From contig BFEA01000044.1 in the NCBI GenBank assembly GCA_003427395.1, positions 2,092,707 to 2,153,846 of the forward strand: a DNA stretch of 61,140 nt. Direction: 5' to 3'. This document shows positions 1 to 12,519 of the stretch, one piece after another. The translations under genes and the position numbers were made by a program. Under the pieces are notes generated by a model. The model worked only from the letters and a program-made list of their open reading frames with translations, made no database searches and was not told where the DNA came from. The first letter of the stretch is position 1. Every line of letters starts with the position of its first letter. The DNA is from Chara braunii. Its lineage: Eukaryota > Plantae > Charophyceae.

Positions 1-61
<61 letters not shown>
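1..61. repeat. (AT)n microsatellite
   Basis: Pure AT dinucleotide run. Confidence 0.99.
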
Positions 62-62
<1 letters not shown>

Positions 63-446
63 GAAACAGTTTGTCACAGCCCCTCGTTTGTTGTCGTCTT
101 CTCTCTCTCTGCCTACAGTTTACCGGCAGTTCTGTTTGTGACGATATATATATACTTTGATTTTGTTTAAGGTAGATTATCATTACAGTGTAATCAGTGA
201 GGGGATTCTGCAGACTGTTGAGGGTTCAGCCTCCTGATGAGTCAGTGAAACTCCGACGAAACAGTTTATCACAGCCCCTCGTTTGTTGTCCTTTCTCTCT
301 CTCTGTCTACGGTTTACCGGGCAGTTCTGTTTGTGACGATATATATATATATATATATCGTCAAATAGAACTGCCCGGTAAACCGTAGGCAGAGAAGGAG
401 AAGAGGACAACAAACGAGGGGCCGTGACAAACTGTTTCGTCGGAGT

Positions 447-449
<3 letters not shown>
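61..449. mobile_element. Hammerhead-bearing repeat unit in direct and inverted copies (Penelope-like pseudo-LTR or retrozyme-like remnant)
   Basis: A ~90-bp unit (acgaaacagttt...gttctgtttgtgacg) occurs at 61-143 and 256-339, with an inverted copy at 359-449. Each copy abuts an (AT)n tract. The second copy contains the full hammerhead core. Confidence 0.6.
211..267 (+). ncRNA. Type III hammerhead ribozyme
   Basis: cagactg-T-T (stem III, GUU triplet), gagg/cctc (stem I), CTGATGA at 234-240, gtc...gac (stem II), GAAA at 258-261, cagttt (stem III'). Confidence 0.85.
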
Positions 450-480
<31 letters not shown>

Positions 481-726
481 TAAGAAAAATATATTGTCAC
501 CATGTTTCCCCGTACGACCCGGTTGTGCAGGCACCGAGGCAGGTCCTACCAAACAAACCAAAAACAACAAAATTATAATATATATATATATTACCAATAC
601 AAACTAACAACTACATTTGGCAAGTGAAAAAAAAAAAAAAAAAAAAAAAGTTTTTTGCACATTTTTAAAGCGTCATCAAATTACATCTCATATTTTTATA
701 CACATTTTACAACTTCGAACATCGCA

Positions 727-933
727 CTAAAACCATCCGTCTCGTGTTACATCCATTGTTCCCATGATGCATCTCATAGGACGTTTGCCCATCCACACAT
801 CCGTTAGTACATCCGTCGGTCGATCCACCTGTCCATCGAATGCGATGAAACGTTTTATGTTTATATTAACCCTGTTGTTGTTTGCCACGTCCATCCGCCT
901 ATCCAACGAAACATTAATCAGTTTGTTGTTCAA
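727..933 (-). CDS. Short hypothetical ORF (68 aa)
   Basis: ORF track; non-repetitive, protein-like composition; no family recognised. Confidence 0.2.
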   Translation of the reverse strand: MNNKLINVSLDRRMDVANNNRVNINIKRFIAFDGQVDRPTDVLTDVWMGKRPMRCIMGTMDVTRDGWF

Positions 934-1032
934 AGAGATGTTGATGAACAGTAGGCGATGTCATCTTCACTCCCGTGGGTGATGTGTTCACGATTCTTGT
1001 TTCTTGTTATTTGGTTTCAAATATAAAGTTCC

Positions 1033-1693
1033 CCCCTTTCATAGGCGCGTCATAGACCCTCGTGATGGACGACAAAATGTGTCGTTCCACGAACACATGC
1101 GTCGTCTGCCCCCACGCATAGAGGATGGCCTTACCCAATCGTAATCGCAGGAGATTGAAGACACCATTGACCTCGACGACGTAGAGAAAGATATCCAGAC
1201 AGTGATAACCAATCTGACCAACGAGCGCGTAGTGCTTCCGACGTCGTATTGCCGGATGAGAACGATTGTGTCGTCATTTAGGAAAAAGAACAAAGAATTG
1301 GAGCATCAGGAGGCTTTGTGCCTATCCGCGAGCACGGTTTGCAGTGCGGGTAGACAAGGGCCGTGTCATTTTTCCGCACACTTCGACGCATTGTTTTGCT
1401 GTGGCCGCTAACAATCATGGCGGGACAGAGTCAACCTCGGTTTTTCGTTGCCACACCCTGCATCGTCCCTTCCAGGAAGCACGACGCAGATGCCCAACAC
1501 ATTGAGTGCATACTGAGATAATTCAGGGTCGTGTGCTTCAGTGTCATCTCGGGGTGTTGGCCATGACGATAATCAGAATTCCGGTCGATGTGAAGGAGAA
1601 CATTCAAACGATGTGAACAAGCGAAAAACTTTCGCCCATGGGCCCCCCCGCTTGGACTCGATAGCAAATTCGAAGCGTAAAGACCGAAAATAG
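1033..1693 (+). pseudogene. Decayed intronless ORF, unknown product
   Basis: One frame reads PFHRRVIDPRDG...DLDDVEKDIQTVITNL...NSKRKDRK* with three internal TAA/TGA stops, each explicable as C->T from CAA/CGA. Confidence 0.45.
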
Positions 1694-2053
1694 TACAGGT
1701 ATTTTACGACCTATTTTTTTCTGGGTCATCGAAGTTCTCACAATGCATCATGGACAAAACTCGTATTAGTTGTGCTACTTGTGCTTGTTATTGCAGTTAT
1801 GTGTTGTCATTTGCATTATGTTGCTTGCCTGTTAGGTTGTTGTTATTCATGTACGTGGGCCTCATCACCCAATATTGATGTTCTCTCCTTTGGTTTTTCG
1901 ATGTTACCATTCCACGAATCTCCGTAACAGCGATACCGTTTATTATTACGCGTCCATGACGCCTGTCACACCGAAAGTTGACAAGTACCGAAATACAAAA
2001 ACAAGGACAAGCTGGAACAACGACATTTCGTTGTTAGCGTCAAAGATTACCAA

Positions 2054-2434
2054 GTGCTCAGACTAACAACTGAGATCTACATTCGTAATCATGTCTTGGA
2101 ACACATTCGAGTGCTCATGTCAAAGCCAACGACTCACTTCAGTGGCCTTGTGCTCCAGTCGGTCGCCGGTGATAAAATGTATGACGTTGTGTATCCTCTT
2201 GTCTACCGTCTCCTCGAAACACACTATGGCACTATCTCTCAAGATGGTGTCTTGAGGCTTGTCATATCTGCGCCATATTGTCTGCAATGGCGAAGATTTT
2301 TCGGGATATTTATTTCCCTGTTGTGGGAACCGGAGCTAATTTCTGCCACATTTGTTGCAGATACTGTTGTGGCGTCAGTGTCATGGAGCAGGCACGACCT
2401 CAAGCAGGCAACGACGAAGATGACGGCGACATGA
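2054..2434 (+). CDS. Hypothetical protein (126 aa; may be frameshifted from ATG ~1956)
   Basis: Open frame with globular composition. Its TGA overlaps an in-frame ATG of the next ORF (ATGA at 2431-2434). Confidence 0.4.
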   Translation: MLRLTTEIYIRNHVLEHIRVLMSKPTTHFSGLVLQSVAGDKMYDVVYPLVYRLLETHYGTISQDGVLRLVISAPYCLQWRRFFGIFISLLWEPELISATFVADTVVASVSWSRHDLKQATTKMTAT

Positions 2435-2898
2435 TATACGATCGTCGACCAAGACGTAGAGGAGTATTGCGCGGTCGAGGCGGTGCAGGACTCAGGTTGT
2501 CGGGGCGCGTTCCGGACCATATCCTGGTGGTCGTTGCGGCACGTCGCCCAAGGCCCCCTCCCCCGCACATGAATGCGGATCAGATACAGGTAGCATGGCC
2601 GCATCCAGCGTTCTTGGTTAAGACTGCGGTTGCGTACGTCGGAGGGGAAAACCGCATAGACAAGTTTTTGCACAGTGTCACCCTCTTGGGGGACGATTGC
2701 CTGGGCTCAGCGGCTAACAGACATGCGGGGTACAGGAAGTTTGCGACTCTTTGCGGCTACAATCAACGCCAAAGATTACCACCTGAATTTGAGGAGGTTA
2801 TGCGTATACGATGGCCTAATTTGCCTGACGAAGATTACGCTGGGTTTGTTCCAGATCCACGTGCTCCACCGGAAAACGATGACCCTCGGCCTAGCTAG
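2383..2898 (+). CDS. Hypothetical protein whose C-terminus resembles the P2X7 cytoplasmic-ballast-like domain
   Basis: NRHAGYRKF...RQRLPPEFEEVMRIRWP....YAGF resembles the RHxAYRxF...RxxIPxCVVxxIRxxFP...YxGF motif as I recall it. Not verified by search. Confidence 0.5.
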   Translation: MEQARPQAGNDEDDGDMIYDRRPRRRGVLRGRGGAGLRLSGRVPDHILVVVAARRPRPPPPHMNADQIQVAWPHPAFLVKTAVAYVGGENRIDKFLHSVTLLGDDCLGSAANRHAGYRKFATLCGYNQRQRLPPEFEEVMRIRWPNLPDEDYAGFVPDPRAPPENDDPRPS

Positions 2899-2908
2899 GT
2901 GGAGGACA

Positions 2909-2956
<48 letters not shown>

Positions 2957-3051
2957 CATAGTGATAGCTGAGACAGATACCCAATCCATAAAACATGTGC
3001 AATGGCAACAACATCGATCACCCCTGCTTCTACCACACTACCACCGTTACA

Positions 3052-3105
<54 letters not shown>

Positions 3106-4080
3106 TCTGTCTCTCTCTCTTTTTTTTTTTTCTCTCTCTCTATATATATAGTTATCTATCTTTATAAAAACAAACAAGTAAATAAATAAAATATAAAAGT
3201 AACTTATTTAATTTTATTATTTCATTACCTTCCTTACTGGTTAATACAATCGCGCAATCACGAGGTACAATAATTGTAGGACAGATCATAGAAAGAAAGC
3301 AAAAGAAGTATTTGGATGGAAAAAAAAAAAAACCAAAAAAAAAAAAAAAAAAAAAAAAGGAAAAAATATCGTTCAGAGTGGCGACTGTGGCAATTGGTTC
3401 ATTTGTGGGACGTGTCATTTGTTTTTTTCCTTTGTCTTTTCTTTGACCTTTCTTTTTCACTTGCCTTTGTGAGGTATGCTTTCCTCCTCCTTTTTTTTAC
3501 CTCATTCCCTTTTGGTTGCGTGCAAGTGGGTCCTAGTGACACACGACGATGGGGGCAGCCAGCGCTGAACTTGTCATCCACGTGGCCGTCCTTATACGTA
3601 ACAGGTGATGAACAGGTGGATATTTCCTTCCTTACTTATTTTCCTTTTCTTATATATACATATATATATATATATAGGCAAAAGAAATGCAGCATACGCA
3701 AAAACTCTGACGCACTTAGCGAACAGTAAACACAAAAAAAAACAAGAGAGAGAGAGAGAGAGAGAGAGAATAAACAATAAACACGTAGCGATGAAATCTC
3801 CAGAATTTGGAATTGCATCAAAGAAAATGTAGTATCTATCAAGGATTGTGACGCACGTAGCAAGCAATAAAGAAAATAAACAAATCAATCTCGAATTGAA
3901 TACGACGAACATTGTTTTTGTCATCCACATGGCGTAATCACTCCCGTTCAACGAACACCTCCTGCGAAAGCATGGCGCCTTCGAACTAAAGCCGGTTAGC
4001 GCCCCCCTCGCTGCCGGAGTCCGAGGACAACTCATCCTCAGATGAGTCATCGTCACTTCCCCTGAACTTTCCGAAGTCCT

Positions 4081-4419
4081 ATGAGGCACGAGTTTGTTGC
4101 ACGACTTTTGGAATGAAACAAAAACAAAGCAATCAAACCATCGGGCTCCGTTTACCGCAATCCTGCAAACGTCACCCACCGACGACGCTCCGCACGGTGC
4201 AACGTCTATGCCACTCGTGACACATCGTGGCGGTTCGACATTGCTACGGAACTTTTCGGGACTCCTCCGGTGGGGGACTGGACCCGTAATATGTTGCAGC
4301 AATGAGACGTCGACGACCTGATCGTTGAACACGTTGACGGTGATGCTGATTTCGGGCTACCGCTTGCTGATGAGAACGTGGCGGAGATTGATAAAGCTGG
4401 AGTTGTTCAAACGTTGGTA
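4081..4419 (+). pseudogene. Decayed ORF truncated by LTR-derived sequence
   Basis: MRHEFVARLLE*NKNK...RNMLQQ*DVDDLIVEHVDG...VVQTLV. Both stops are TGA (CGA decay), and the frame ends at the LTR remnant junction. Confidence 0.4.
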
Positions 4420-6207
4420 ATGCAGAAATCGGATAGGCGTCGCGCGCGAGACTTAGTATAAATCAGCGCGGACGCAAGGCTAACTCATATCGACTCGTAA
4501 TGCAAGCGTACGCAAGCGGACACCATGATGGCGTACTAAGTAGTACCCATACTCATGCGATCCTCGTTGATCTCGAGCGTCGCATTCGACATTCAAGTGT
4601 CGGCTGACATGCGCCTTGAGGGAATGATCTCTCGACGCTGGACAACCGCCTAGTGCGGTTGAAAACCACACCCTCTTCTGCACCCTGCGGAGAGTGGGTG
4701 GTACACAAGTTCATACCTGTGGTGGCAATCGTCTCTTATCGCCCTGGAGACCAGCTTCGTCATCTAGGACCTGGAAAGAAGTCAAGGGGTTTGACTTTGA
4801 CGGCTACCACGGATTACAACGTCCAACTATAAAAATTAACAAGCAAAATCAATCAATAAATAAAATAAGCATCCCAACACCCATATATCAAATCGGGACT
4901 CGAGACAACAAACAAAAGAGGGGGAAAACATAAACCCATCAGGTATGCAGATCGCGCGACATGTGGTTGTCATTCCCACTGCCTCCAAAGTATGGCTCAT
5001 ATACCAAGCTCCAAAATACTAACCTGCATAAAACACAGGCACACACAATAACCACATTGTCATACACCAATGTGGTCAACTTTATTATTCCTTGTAGCTC
5101 ACACCCCGCCTCACACATTCAAGCCTCAGTCATAGTTCAACTTTCCATAAATCTCATAGACTCTTTATAATGGCCATTAAAATAAGTTTGGTTAAAACCC
5201 TCAAGGAAACATATCAAATCACAGGGCTAAGGCAATCAAGTTGAGGTACAGGTGTAAGCAAACTTGTGTCGTGAGCCGATAAATCGGCGATCAACCAACC
5301 GACCTATTATCAATGATAACAGAAGATGATTCTCGTCGGATCAAACTAAAGTTAGTCCAAATCGTGAATCGAACGTCCAAAAGACGACCTGTATCATACG
5401 ATAGATCAAATCCCCATGACACATCCTCATTCAAGACTCTCCTGATAGCTAGGCCTATGTCTACCCCTAAGCGAGTGCCCAAAGAAGGTAGACCTATGGC
5501 AGAATCTCCCTCATACAGAGTGGATCGCCAGAGTCGCCACCTGTCAAAATATACTCTATCTCCTTTAAACTAAGGAAATTTCGGCAGCGCTTCCCATAGG
5601 AAAAGTGCCTTCTCAGAATTTATATCAGCCTAAATATGAAAACAAAAGTAATCTCCAACTTTTCAAAGTCAAACTTTGTTTAACTCCTTGAATTAGCAAA
5701 AATTTGGAAACACTCCCTTTAGAAAAGGAGACTTCCCATATTTTCACTAAGCCATATATAAAAATAAGACAAGTTGAACTTTTGAAAAGTCAAATTTCGA
5801 CTAACTCCTTAGATTTGCAAAAATTTCGGCAGCGCTTCCCGTAGAGAAAGTAGTTTACCAAAATTTATACAAAACCAAGTTCAGAATCTAAAATGACTTC
5901 GATTTCTCAAGGTCCAATTTTGTCTAACTCCCTGAATTAGCAAAAATTTGGGCAGCATCCCCTTTAAAAAATAAGACTTTCGAGATTTTTACTAAGTCAT
6001 ATATAAAGTCAGACAAAATGAACTTTGAAAAGACAACATCTGACTAACTCCTTGGTTTTGTAGAAATTTCAACAGCGCTTCCCGTAGAGAAAGTAGCTTG
6101 TCAAGATTTATACAAGACCAAGTACAAATAAAAGATCCCAGAAAATACAAAAATTGACCTAAGTAAAAATAAACTTAGCTCAGAAAACGCAAGAATTGAA
6201 ACTAACT
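4420..6207 (-). mobile_element. 3'-portion remnant of an E/F-subfamily giant LTR
   Basis: Reverse-complement homology to 51137-53020 of LTR E (e.g. 4420-4835 vs 52606-53020; 5570-6207 vs 51137-51790). Confidence 0.85.
5570..6207. repeat. ~240-bp tandem repeat (two ~120-bp subunits), ~2.7 copies
   Basis: aaatttcggcagcgcttccc(a/g)tag recurs at ~5576, 5822 and 6065; taactcc recurs every ~120 bp. Confidence 0.85.
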
Positions 6208-6208
6208 C

Positions 6209-6247
6209 CCCTGCCTCCAGAGTTCCGCCTGAACTCCGGCAGAGCTC
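6209..6247 (-). promoter_or_regulatory. Conserved LTR hairpin (copy A)
   Basis: ccggagttc-AGGCG-gaactctgg; homologues at 19939-19977, 41486-41525 and 49975-50013. Confidence 0.75.
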
Positions 6248-6517
6248 CCACAATCGCCTTGTCATTGGTCATATACAACTCATGCAATCGATTGCTGGGC
6301 TCTTAGGGTTAGCTGAGGTAAAGGTTAACTCAACGGGGATCAAACCCTAATCAATAAGTCAAGGGGCATGTATCTGAAAGGTTCGCACAAAGACAAGTAT
6401 GGAGGAGGATGGAGGAGGTGGGCACCATGATAGCGTCTCCCTCCTCTCCAATACCCCATACTCTCCTTCTCTGGCTCTGTATGATGCCTAATGATAACAA
6501 TCAGAATAAAGATATAA

Positions 6518-6575
<58 letters not shown>

Positions 6576-8246
6576 TACTCAGGGTCGACTGTTGGTGGCG
6601 ACCAAGTAAGTTCTCTCCCTTTCTCAGCGTGTGTCTCCCTGTGTTTCACTTTGTGTCCGTGTCCTTAGGATACCTGTGCCTCTCGTGTCACCATGTATGT
6701 GACCTTGTGTATTTGTGTGACACGACGCACGTTGCATATCATAAGGGTGCAGACCAGAGCAAAAACTGACCTCTCTCTCTCATAGTACAGGACAGCACAG
6801 CGGAAGGAAGAAATACCAGTGATCAGACCAATCAATGTCGAAATGCAGACCAAGCATACATCACCATCATCGCGGTTGCGAAGGGCCTTGGCGCTCATAC
6901 AAGAGGAATACGCCAGTCCCAAACGTACACAGACGAGGACGAGGGCGATCAGACGAAGAAAGAGATATGGTGCAACAGCCTCGCTATGTGTGTGTGTATG
7001 TCTCACCACGTGTGCGTGTCACATTGCACTGCGAGTCTCTGTGTATGTCACAGTGGCTGTGTACCTATCTACCGAATCTGCTTATCTGTCTGGTCTGCCG
7101 AATCTGCTTGTCTGTCTGGTCTGTTTGTCCGTCCTTTATCAAAACACAGCGGAGCAGTAACGCAACACGATCCGTTACAATGTGCAGCATGTGGAGACCA
7201 CAACATGGGACACAACAGGCAGGGCGTGTATCCCAATAAGCTGGGCGGATGACAGGCTCATCCTCACGACGCCATCGGCCAGTGCATCACACGTCCCCAA
7301 CCTTTCTTCCCATGATATATTCCACTGATAGACAAGGACACACCGTATTGCACAGAGTTAACATATCCCTGAGAGATGGAAGTGGTCCCAACTTTACTCA
7401 CACTTGCCCTGCAATGCTAGCAGATTGTCGGCCCAAACCCCTTATGAGAACAAGGTTAAGTTCAAGAACCCAGTCTGTCAATGCCATAAAACCCACCCCA
7501 CATACTCATTCACTGTGTGTGTCTGTGTGTCACCCGTGTAATTGTGACGGTGCCTGCGTTACAGCGTACCTGTCACGGCGTGACTGTGTCACCTTGTCAC
7601 TGCACCTGCGTGGCTGTATATCTATGTGGTTTCACAATGCCTGCCTCCGTAACTCTGTATGTATGTTGCGTGCACGTGTCATTGTGACTGTGTATGCCAT
7701 GGTATACTTAGTGTTTGTGCCCCCGTGCAGCTGTGTGACTGCGTATCTGAGCGTCGCTGTGTCGCTGTGTATGCTTGGTTTACTGTGTACTCTGAGTGTT
7801 CATAAGTGTGTGTGTCTTTGTGCCTATGTCACTACGTGTCACAGTCTGCGTGTGACTGTGTAAAGCCTGTGCATTGTGACAGTGCACAGTGTCACAGTAT
7901 CTGTGTGACTGTATTTTGCTGGGTCCGTATGATTGTCACTGTCTGCGTGTTCGTCACAAGGTATGTGTGCGTCCCACCTTGCAGAGTCTGTAGTCCCAGT
8001 CCAGCCAGTCCGGTCTAGACCAGCAAGTACCGCCAAGGATTGTGTGTAGTCGGGCCCAGGGACACAGGGCAGACCGACGAGTCACAGATGTATAAATCAA
8101 GAGGGTGCACACAGCCATTCGAAATGTGCCCGTATCTGGATGCCATATCTCTGAGTTTGAGTGGGCACATGCTGCCAATTTGCCGCATTACTGTTTACAT
8201 GCATGAAAGTGTGAATGAAAGCGAGTCTAATTGCTCAATAGTGATG

Positions 8247-8302
<56 letters not shown>

Positions 8303-9743
8303 GTAACGAAAACAAGCAACAGCGGAACGACAATTCCAGGTTACACCATCTCATCGAAAGCCTGATAGTCAGAATGTGTCTAAGGAGCAGCATTGCACCA
8401 ATAATACACCATTGGGGTTCGTAGTTCTGAAACCACTGCTCAGGAGAGCATACTCACTCAACACCAACGCGAGATCCAGTCCTACATGGCGCTTAGCCCC
8501 CGCCTATTCCTACGCAGCAATTCCAGTCAACGAATTGTCAATGCAACTGTTGCCATTAGTGGACACCCGTAGTACTTGAAGATGTAGCCCATGTGGATCA
8601 TTATCAATACAAGGTAAGTACTCTTCACATCATCATCATCATCATCACCTGACGCAATATCTACATCCTACCTGGGTCAGCGCCCAGACAATAGGTGACA
8701 GATCCTATCCAACTTACGATTTGAGGTGCCACGGACGACGTCGGCAGCTCCCTGAGCAGATCTCAGACAATGCCGCCATCTCAAGCACCAGGTATATTTC
8801 TTGCAATCGGTCAGAACCTCGATCCGCAATACACAGGTGCCACATGCACCCACGAGAACGACATGTGCCCTTACATCTCTCTCCCTCTTACTTTTGTGTT
8901 TTGTTTGCCTGAGCAGTTGTCAGTTGCCGGTTATCTCTTGTCTGTCACTGTACGCTTATTATTCTGATCTATCTCCGCTTATCTCTATCTGTATCTGTCT
9001 GTTTATCTATGCTTATCTGATTGTTTTGGTTTTATCTTGTCTATTTGTCTGTGTGTATGTCACTATGCATCTGTATTATTGTGTATGTTTCACAGTGCAG
9101 CCTGTCACAGTCTGTTTGTCTGATAATCTGGTTGTTCGTCTTCTGTTCGACTGCGTCTGTCGGCCCCTCTCTCTCTCTTTTCTGTGAGGAGGATGAGTAG
9201 CAACGAAATGACAACCTTCAAAAATGCACTATCTCGATGGAAGACAGACGGTTTCTTAGCGTCCAAAGGCAACATCGTATCAATACAATATTTAATGGGG
9301 AATCGTAATACCGAAACCATTGTCTATGAGAGCTTTGCTCTCGCCACCACCAACATATGTATCTGGATCCTACTCTCCCTACTCAGCTACTGCCTGTCTC
9401 TTGATTGACAATGCAACTGCTGACGTCAGTAGATCATAAAGTACCTGAAGACGTTACCCATGTAGACCATGTGTCAATACTAGGTAACTGCCCTATACCA
9501 TTATCATAATAATCATGGAACCAACTTCGGTATCCTACTTGCTGCTCAATACCCAGACTACCGACATCACATGCTATTTGGCATAATCTACCATGTTGAA
9601 TATGACGACATCGGTTCTCCGAAGTGTGGACAGATAGCGGCTAATGCCGCACGCCTGCTGCACCAGGTAAGTCATTCTCATCATTCATACCCTCGACCCC
9701 CAACTCACAAATACCGCTAGTACCCATAACCACCGTGCACTTA

Positions 9744-9800
<57 letters not shown>

Positions 9801-10268
9801 TGTAAGGAATCTGAGTGTGAACGATATACAGGAAACCAAGTTTCGAAATCACACAGATGTCCAAGTAGTCGTGTCCAAGCAGAGAGTACAAAAGCACCGA
9901 GGAACCATCCATACAGAGCAATACGATGAAGTAATGAGCCAATGTTCAAGCCCGTAGGCCATATCAACACAATATTCATAGTTGTTTCTTCTCTGTCCGG
10001 CGCCCAGCCCACTCTACCCGACTATTCTACCTACAACTGTGTTCCCTCATCAGGCTCACTTCGACTCTCGAAGACCAATGTACATGACTGTCAACACCAT
10101 AGCCGACCTCTCGTCATGTACCAGGTGCGTATCTCGCCGCCCTCATCAGTCCTTGATAACCCCACACTTCGCCTCCTTTCCTAAAGACCACCAAATCGCC
10201 CTCTTTTCCCATACTCACGCACACACACACATACATACTCACACACATCTTCCTTATTTGTAGATTAC

Positions 10269-10328
<60 letters not shown>

Positions 10329-10572
10329 GATAATAACAATAAAATAAGAATAATAATAACTTAGGTAATGAATGTATATAAGCTATCTTTCCGATCTGGT
10401 TCAGTCAAAACGAGGGAGCTCTGGCTGCGAGGTCGACAGTCGGTGCTTCGACCAGGTACGTCTCTCTCTCTCACCTTTTCTTCCTCTCTCTCAATCAATC
10501 CCTCCTTCACTCAGTTTCCCTGCGGTGGAATGACGTTGCCCTTGCTGCCCGTGCGCTCCTCACTCCACGTGT

Positions 10573-10663
10573 TCCCAATACGATGAACCTTACGAAGATT
10601 ACCCGGGCCTTCCGCCCCGGGCAATTGATCCGTTGGATTCGTCAGTGCAGAGCGCGCACAGCC
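10573..10663 (-). rRNA. Diverged nuclear 18S rRNA fragment inside LTR A
   Basis: Minus strand gcgcgctctgcactgacgaatccaacg...aaggcccgggtaatctt...ttcatcgt matches 18S CGCGCGCTACACTGATG...GGCCCGGGTAATCTT...TTCATCGTG. Confidence 0.8.
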
Positions 10664-10664
10664 G

Positions 10665-10737
<73 letters not shown>

Positions 10738-10852
10738 NNNNNNNNNNNNNNNNNNNNNNNNNNNNNNNNNNNNNNNNNNNNNNNNNNNNNNNNNNNNNNN
10801 NNNNNNNNNNNNNNNNNNNNNNNNNNNNNNNNNNNNNNNNNNNNNNNNNNNN

Positions 10853-10905
<53 letters not shown>

Positions 10906-11885
10906 TCATGCATGCTCGATGGTCGTTTTCATGTGTCCAGATCGTGGCAACGGGAGCCCGAAGTGCGAAAATATATACACGTCTCTCTCTCTCTCACACA
11001 CACGCACACACACACATGTGCGCAAATACACACACACACGTACGCACATACACACACCCCTACGCACTTTCGTATACTCGTAAGCACACACACACACTCA
11101 CGTAGTAGTAGTGTATATGCCCCGTTCTAGCGATAGATTCATTCAATTTTGTTCACCCAAACAGTAGAGGTATAAGATGTCAGCCACGCGATAGGTGACT
11201 TACATGTTTTCTCATTTTTTCATCNTCGTTGTCGTCAGCCAGTGTAGCTTGCAGCCAACGCAATATGGTCTGTTACGATGTGCAGCATACCAGGACCTCG
11301 GTATGCAGATCACGACCAGCACAAACACGCCTCCAACGAGCCGGGCGAGTGAAAGGTAAGCTTCCCTTTTTCCCATCTCTTTCCTCCTTCCTCTTCTTCT
11401 TCTTCTTCTCCTTCTTCTCCTTTTTCTTCTACTCGCGCGGCTATCCGTTTCTTCTGCTCGTGTGCGCTAGCACCTTTGCGCGACCCCCCCTTTCTCCCTC
11501 GTCCCCTCCGCCGTTCTCCTCTTCGCTCCCCGCTTGCGCTGCCGCCCCGCGCCCCCTCCTTCTATCGTGCAGTCATCTTCTTTCCGAACTTCCCCACGAG
11601 CTAACTAGCCTGCTTCCTGCTTGTCACCTCCTCTCTCCTTCTTCCCCTTCTCTCCATCTCCTTCTTCTTCTCCTCCTCCTTCCCTCCTACTTCTTCTTCT
11701 TCTTCAGTCTTCTCCTACCACTACTCCTCCCGTTACTCTTCCGCACGTCGCCTGTCCGCGCGACCGTTCTTGGTTCCATTTAGAGTCCCCCTCCGCGTAG
11801 ACTTCGAGGTAGCGAGCTGCAGGTACCTCGAAGACGAAGCTGGAGCGACGGCGCAGCAGGTAAGTACCTCTGGCCTCCGCCCAAC

Positions 11886-11960
<75 letters not shown>

Positions 11961-12519
11961 NNNNNNNNNNNNNNNNNNNNNNNNNNNNNNNNNNNNNNNN
12001 NNNNNNNNNNNNNNNNNNNNNNNNNNNNNNNNNNNNNNNNNNNNNNNNNNGAAGAAGAGATGGTGGACTTTATAAGAGAAAGAAGAAGAACTCTCTCACA
12101 CACACACACACACATATGTAGTGATGAATGCACCTTTCCCACTTCTAGCGGTAAGTTCATTCACTTATTTATTTATTTTGTTTATTTATTTTGTTTATTT
12201 ATTTTGCTCGCTTTCATCGTTGATAGTGTCGGGGAGCAAGCTGCGATATCGAAGACTTACGTTTTCCTTCTTTCTCCCCTCGTTGTTGTTGTTGCCGTCG
12301 TCGCCAACGTCGTTGTCGTCCAAGCAATCCAGTATTCTTCTCTTCTTCCCTTCTTTTTTCTTCCTCCTTCCTTCTTCTCCTTCTCTTTTTCTCCTCCTTC
12401 TTCTTCTTCTTCTTCTTCTTCTTCTTCTTCTTCTTCTTCTTCTTCTTCTTCTTCTTCTTCTTCTTCTTCTGCTTCCTCTTCTTCTTCTTCTTCGTGCTTT
12501 CTTTTTCCTTCACGCGGTC

